From a virus (lineage: Duplodnaviria; Caudoviricetes): 26,038 nt of DNA. Positions 24,527 to 26,038 of this stretch are shown here, piece by piece. The notes below the pieces were generated by a model, which did no database searches, was not told where the DNA came from, and saw only the letters and a list, made by a program, of their open reading frames with translations. A program made the translations under genes and the position numbers. The stretch is taken from positions 1 to 26,038 of the IMG/VR virus record IMGVR_UViG_3300044724_009212. One strand, written 5' to 3'. The stretch's first letter is position 1, and every line of letters begins with the position of its first letter.

Positions 24527-26038
24527 TTATGAGGTTGAAGTTGTTGATCGGTCGGTTATTCGACCCTCTACTTTAACGGCACGAACATAAGGGCGGCCTT
24601 CGGTTGGCTGAATGACTGCGGAGCATCCATAGCCCCGTAAACGGATGCGGGATCGTATGCTTGCGTCTTCATTAAAAGGAATCTGCGAGCCTAATAAATC
24701 GCTTACCACTTGGGCGGATTGGGATCGGTCGGGGTCGGTGGTTTCGTAAGTAATTCTTGCGTCTGAAATGCTATCGACCTGGCTCTTCATGTGTATCTCG
24801 GATCGGCTAAATACTTTGCGGTCTATGGTGTCGCAGTCGTATTGGCGTGTGATTAGCTTACTTTGAACAGGAATTGTTTCCGGCACATTTACACCAGCAC
24901 TTACTGATATTTGATCGCCTCCATCGAATCCATCGATCTTGTGGACCCCGCCTTCGCTGGTGGTTACATAGAGTCGGTTCTCTTGGCCTTCACGGGCGAC
25001 TACCATGTCACGAATATTAAATGCCAAACTATCTACTCGGTCGATACTCTCCCACCCTTCGTTGATGAAATTATAAACGAATAATAAATTATTTTCGCTT
25101 TCCGCTCCTGTAGGGACAGCCAACCAATAGCGGTTGTCAAAGTAAGTGGCTACGGCTCGGTCGATAAACCTTTGGTTGATTTGATCGATGTATGGTTGGA
25201 TTGGCTCACTAAGGGGTACTTTATCTCCACGAAGGTTATATTCGTCTAGGAAGCTCACGCTGTACACGCCTTTGTCCGACAGGAATAATACTTGATTACC
25301 TACCTGTACTACTGTTCTGCGAGCGGCACACCCAAGGTTGGGGGTAACCACATTAATACGCACATCTGCCAAGCTACCACTTGCTCCAACTAATTGGTGG
25401 ATGGATCGGCGGCACATAATGAGGAGCCTATCTTCGGTGAATGGCTGTATACCAACAATAAAATCGTTGGACCCTCCTGTGACTTTAAATTGGTTACCGA
25501 TCACATCGTAGCTATCGCTGTCTAAAGTATCGCTGGCGATAATTTGATCCTTCCCGGCACGGGCTTTCCAGCTTACAGGTGTAGTCCCAAAGTCTTCTTC
25601 GTAAAAGTAAGGCATCCATAACCTACGCTGGTTCTCCACAGCAAATGGTGCGGCTGGCATGTAGCGGAGGAAGCTGATGGGTTGTTTGGTGGTTAAGCTG
25701 ATCGATGTGCTGGCACTATCCACGCCCCGCATGATAAATTTAAAACTATCTGCATTGGGTACTTCAGTCACCTTCACGCGATCCCCAATTCTCTCTGCGT
25801 ATGTGCTTGTGGTATTGGCGATGATTAATTCATCACCCACCTCGAATCCGTGGGCTGTTTCATTAAAGGTAACAACTGAACCATCTACCGATGCTCCCAC
25901 ATCTGTAATACGAGCGGGTAAAGCATAAGGGCCATCGTCCGCCACATTTTTAACCAAGCTAAAATCATTAAACCACTCTACCCTAGACCCCGATGCGATG
26001 TAGGTTTCTGTGCCTGTGTCGTTAGTGGCGAAGGTTAC
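24527..26038 (-). CDS. Tail stabilisation / nozzle beta-propeller protein (P22 gp10-like), 5' end outside the window
   Basis: The frame stays open beyond 25957 to the window edge (VTFATNDTGTETYIASGSRVEWFNDFSL). LGCAARRTVVQVGNQVLFLSDKGVY, PLSEPIQP and RYWLAVP are typical of this family. Confidence 0.85.
   Translation of the reverse strand, partial: VTFATNDTGTETYIASGSRVEWFNDFSLVKNVADDGPYALPARITDVGASVDGSVVTFNETAHGFEVGDELIIANTTSTYAERIGDRVKVTEVPNADSFKFIMRGVDSASTSISLTTKQPISFLRYMPAAPFAVENQRRLWMPYFYEEDFGTTPVSWKARAGKDQIIASDTLDSDSYDVIGNQFKVTGGSNDFIVGIQPFTEDRLLIMCRRSIHQLVGASGSLADVRINVVTPNLGCAARRTVVQVGNQVLFLSDKGVYSVSFLDEYNLRGDKVPLSEPIQPYIDQINQRFIDRAVATYFDNRYWLAVPTGAESENNLLFVYNFINEGWESIDRVDSLAFNIRDMVVAREGQENRLYVTTSEGGVHKIDGFDGGDQISVSAGVNVPETIPVQSKLITRQYDCDTIDRKVFSRSEIHMKSQVDSISDARITYETTDPDRSQSAQVVSDLLGSQIPFNEDASIRSRIRLRGYGCSAVIQPTEGRPYVRAVKVEGRITDRSTTSTS

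Noticed and set aside
16053-25928. Plus-strand ORFs within the virion genes
   Set aside because: Antisense shadows of long minus-strand CDSs.

Overview
This window reads as about 26 kb of a temperate podovirus-like phage genome in its excised form: a single att-like site has phage genes on both sides. From left to right it holds the 5' part of terL on the minus strand (missed by the ORF track because it runs off the left edge), a packaging/late control region, and a short divergent operon with a possible terS. Next come a tyrosine integrase and an attP whose core is the 5' half of tRNA-Phe(GAA), then a ~657-aa orphan in the position where cI usually sits. The plus-strand early region encodes a RuvC-like resolvase, an SSB-like protein, an exonuclease, an AAA helicase, an AT-rich accessory block, a stand-alone sigma region-4 HTH, an AEP-like primase, a Xis-like HTH and a divergent sigma70-family factor. 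The right end is the minus-strand tail of the virion operon: stabilisation protein, tail fibre, GNAT-like protein and three ejection proteins. A Verrucomicrobia-like host is a guess from the style of the proteins and the tRNA, not something the sequence proves. The most notable unannotated signals are: (1) a four-copy promoter-like motif TTCTGAAC-N18-SACWW heading the terminase, replication and divergent operons, apparently leaderless, paired with a phage sigma that lacks the WW dyad; (2) a ~91-nt structured RNA candidate at 11152-11242 with a loop complementary to the 5' ends of the early transcripts, in a phage with no visible cI; (3) the 5'-half tRNA attP; (4) an operator shared by the packaging region and attP; (5) an ejection protein with count-matched repeat arms. 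All calls were made by eye, with no searches run.
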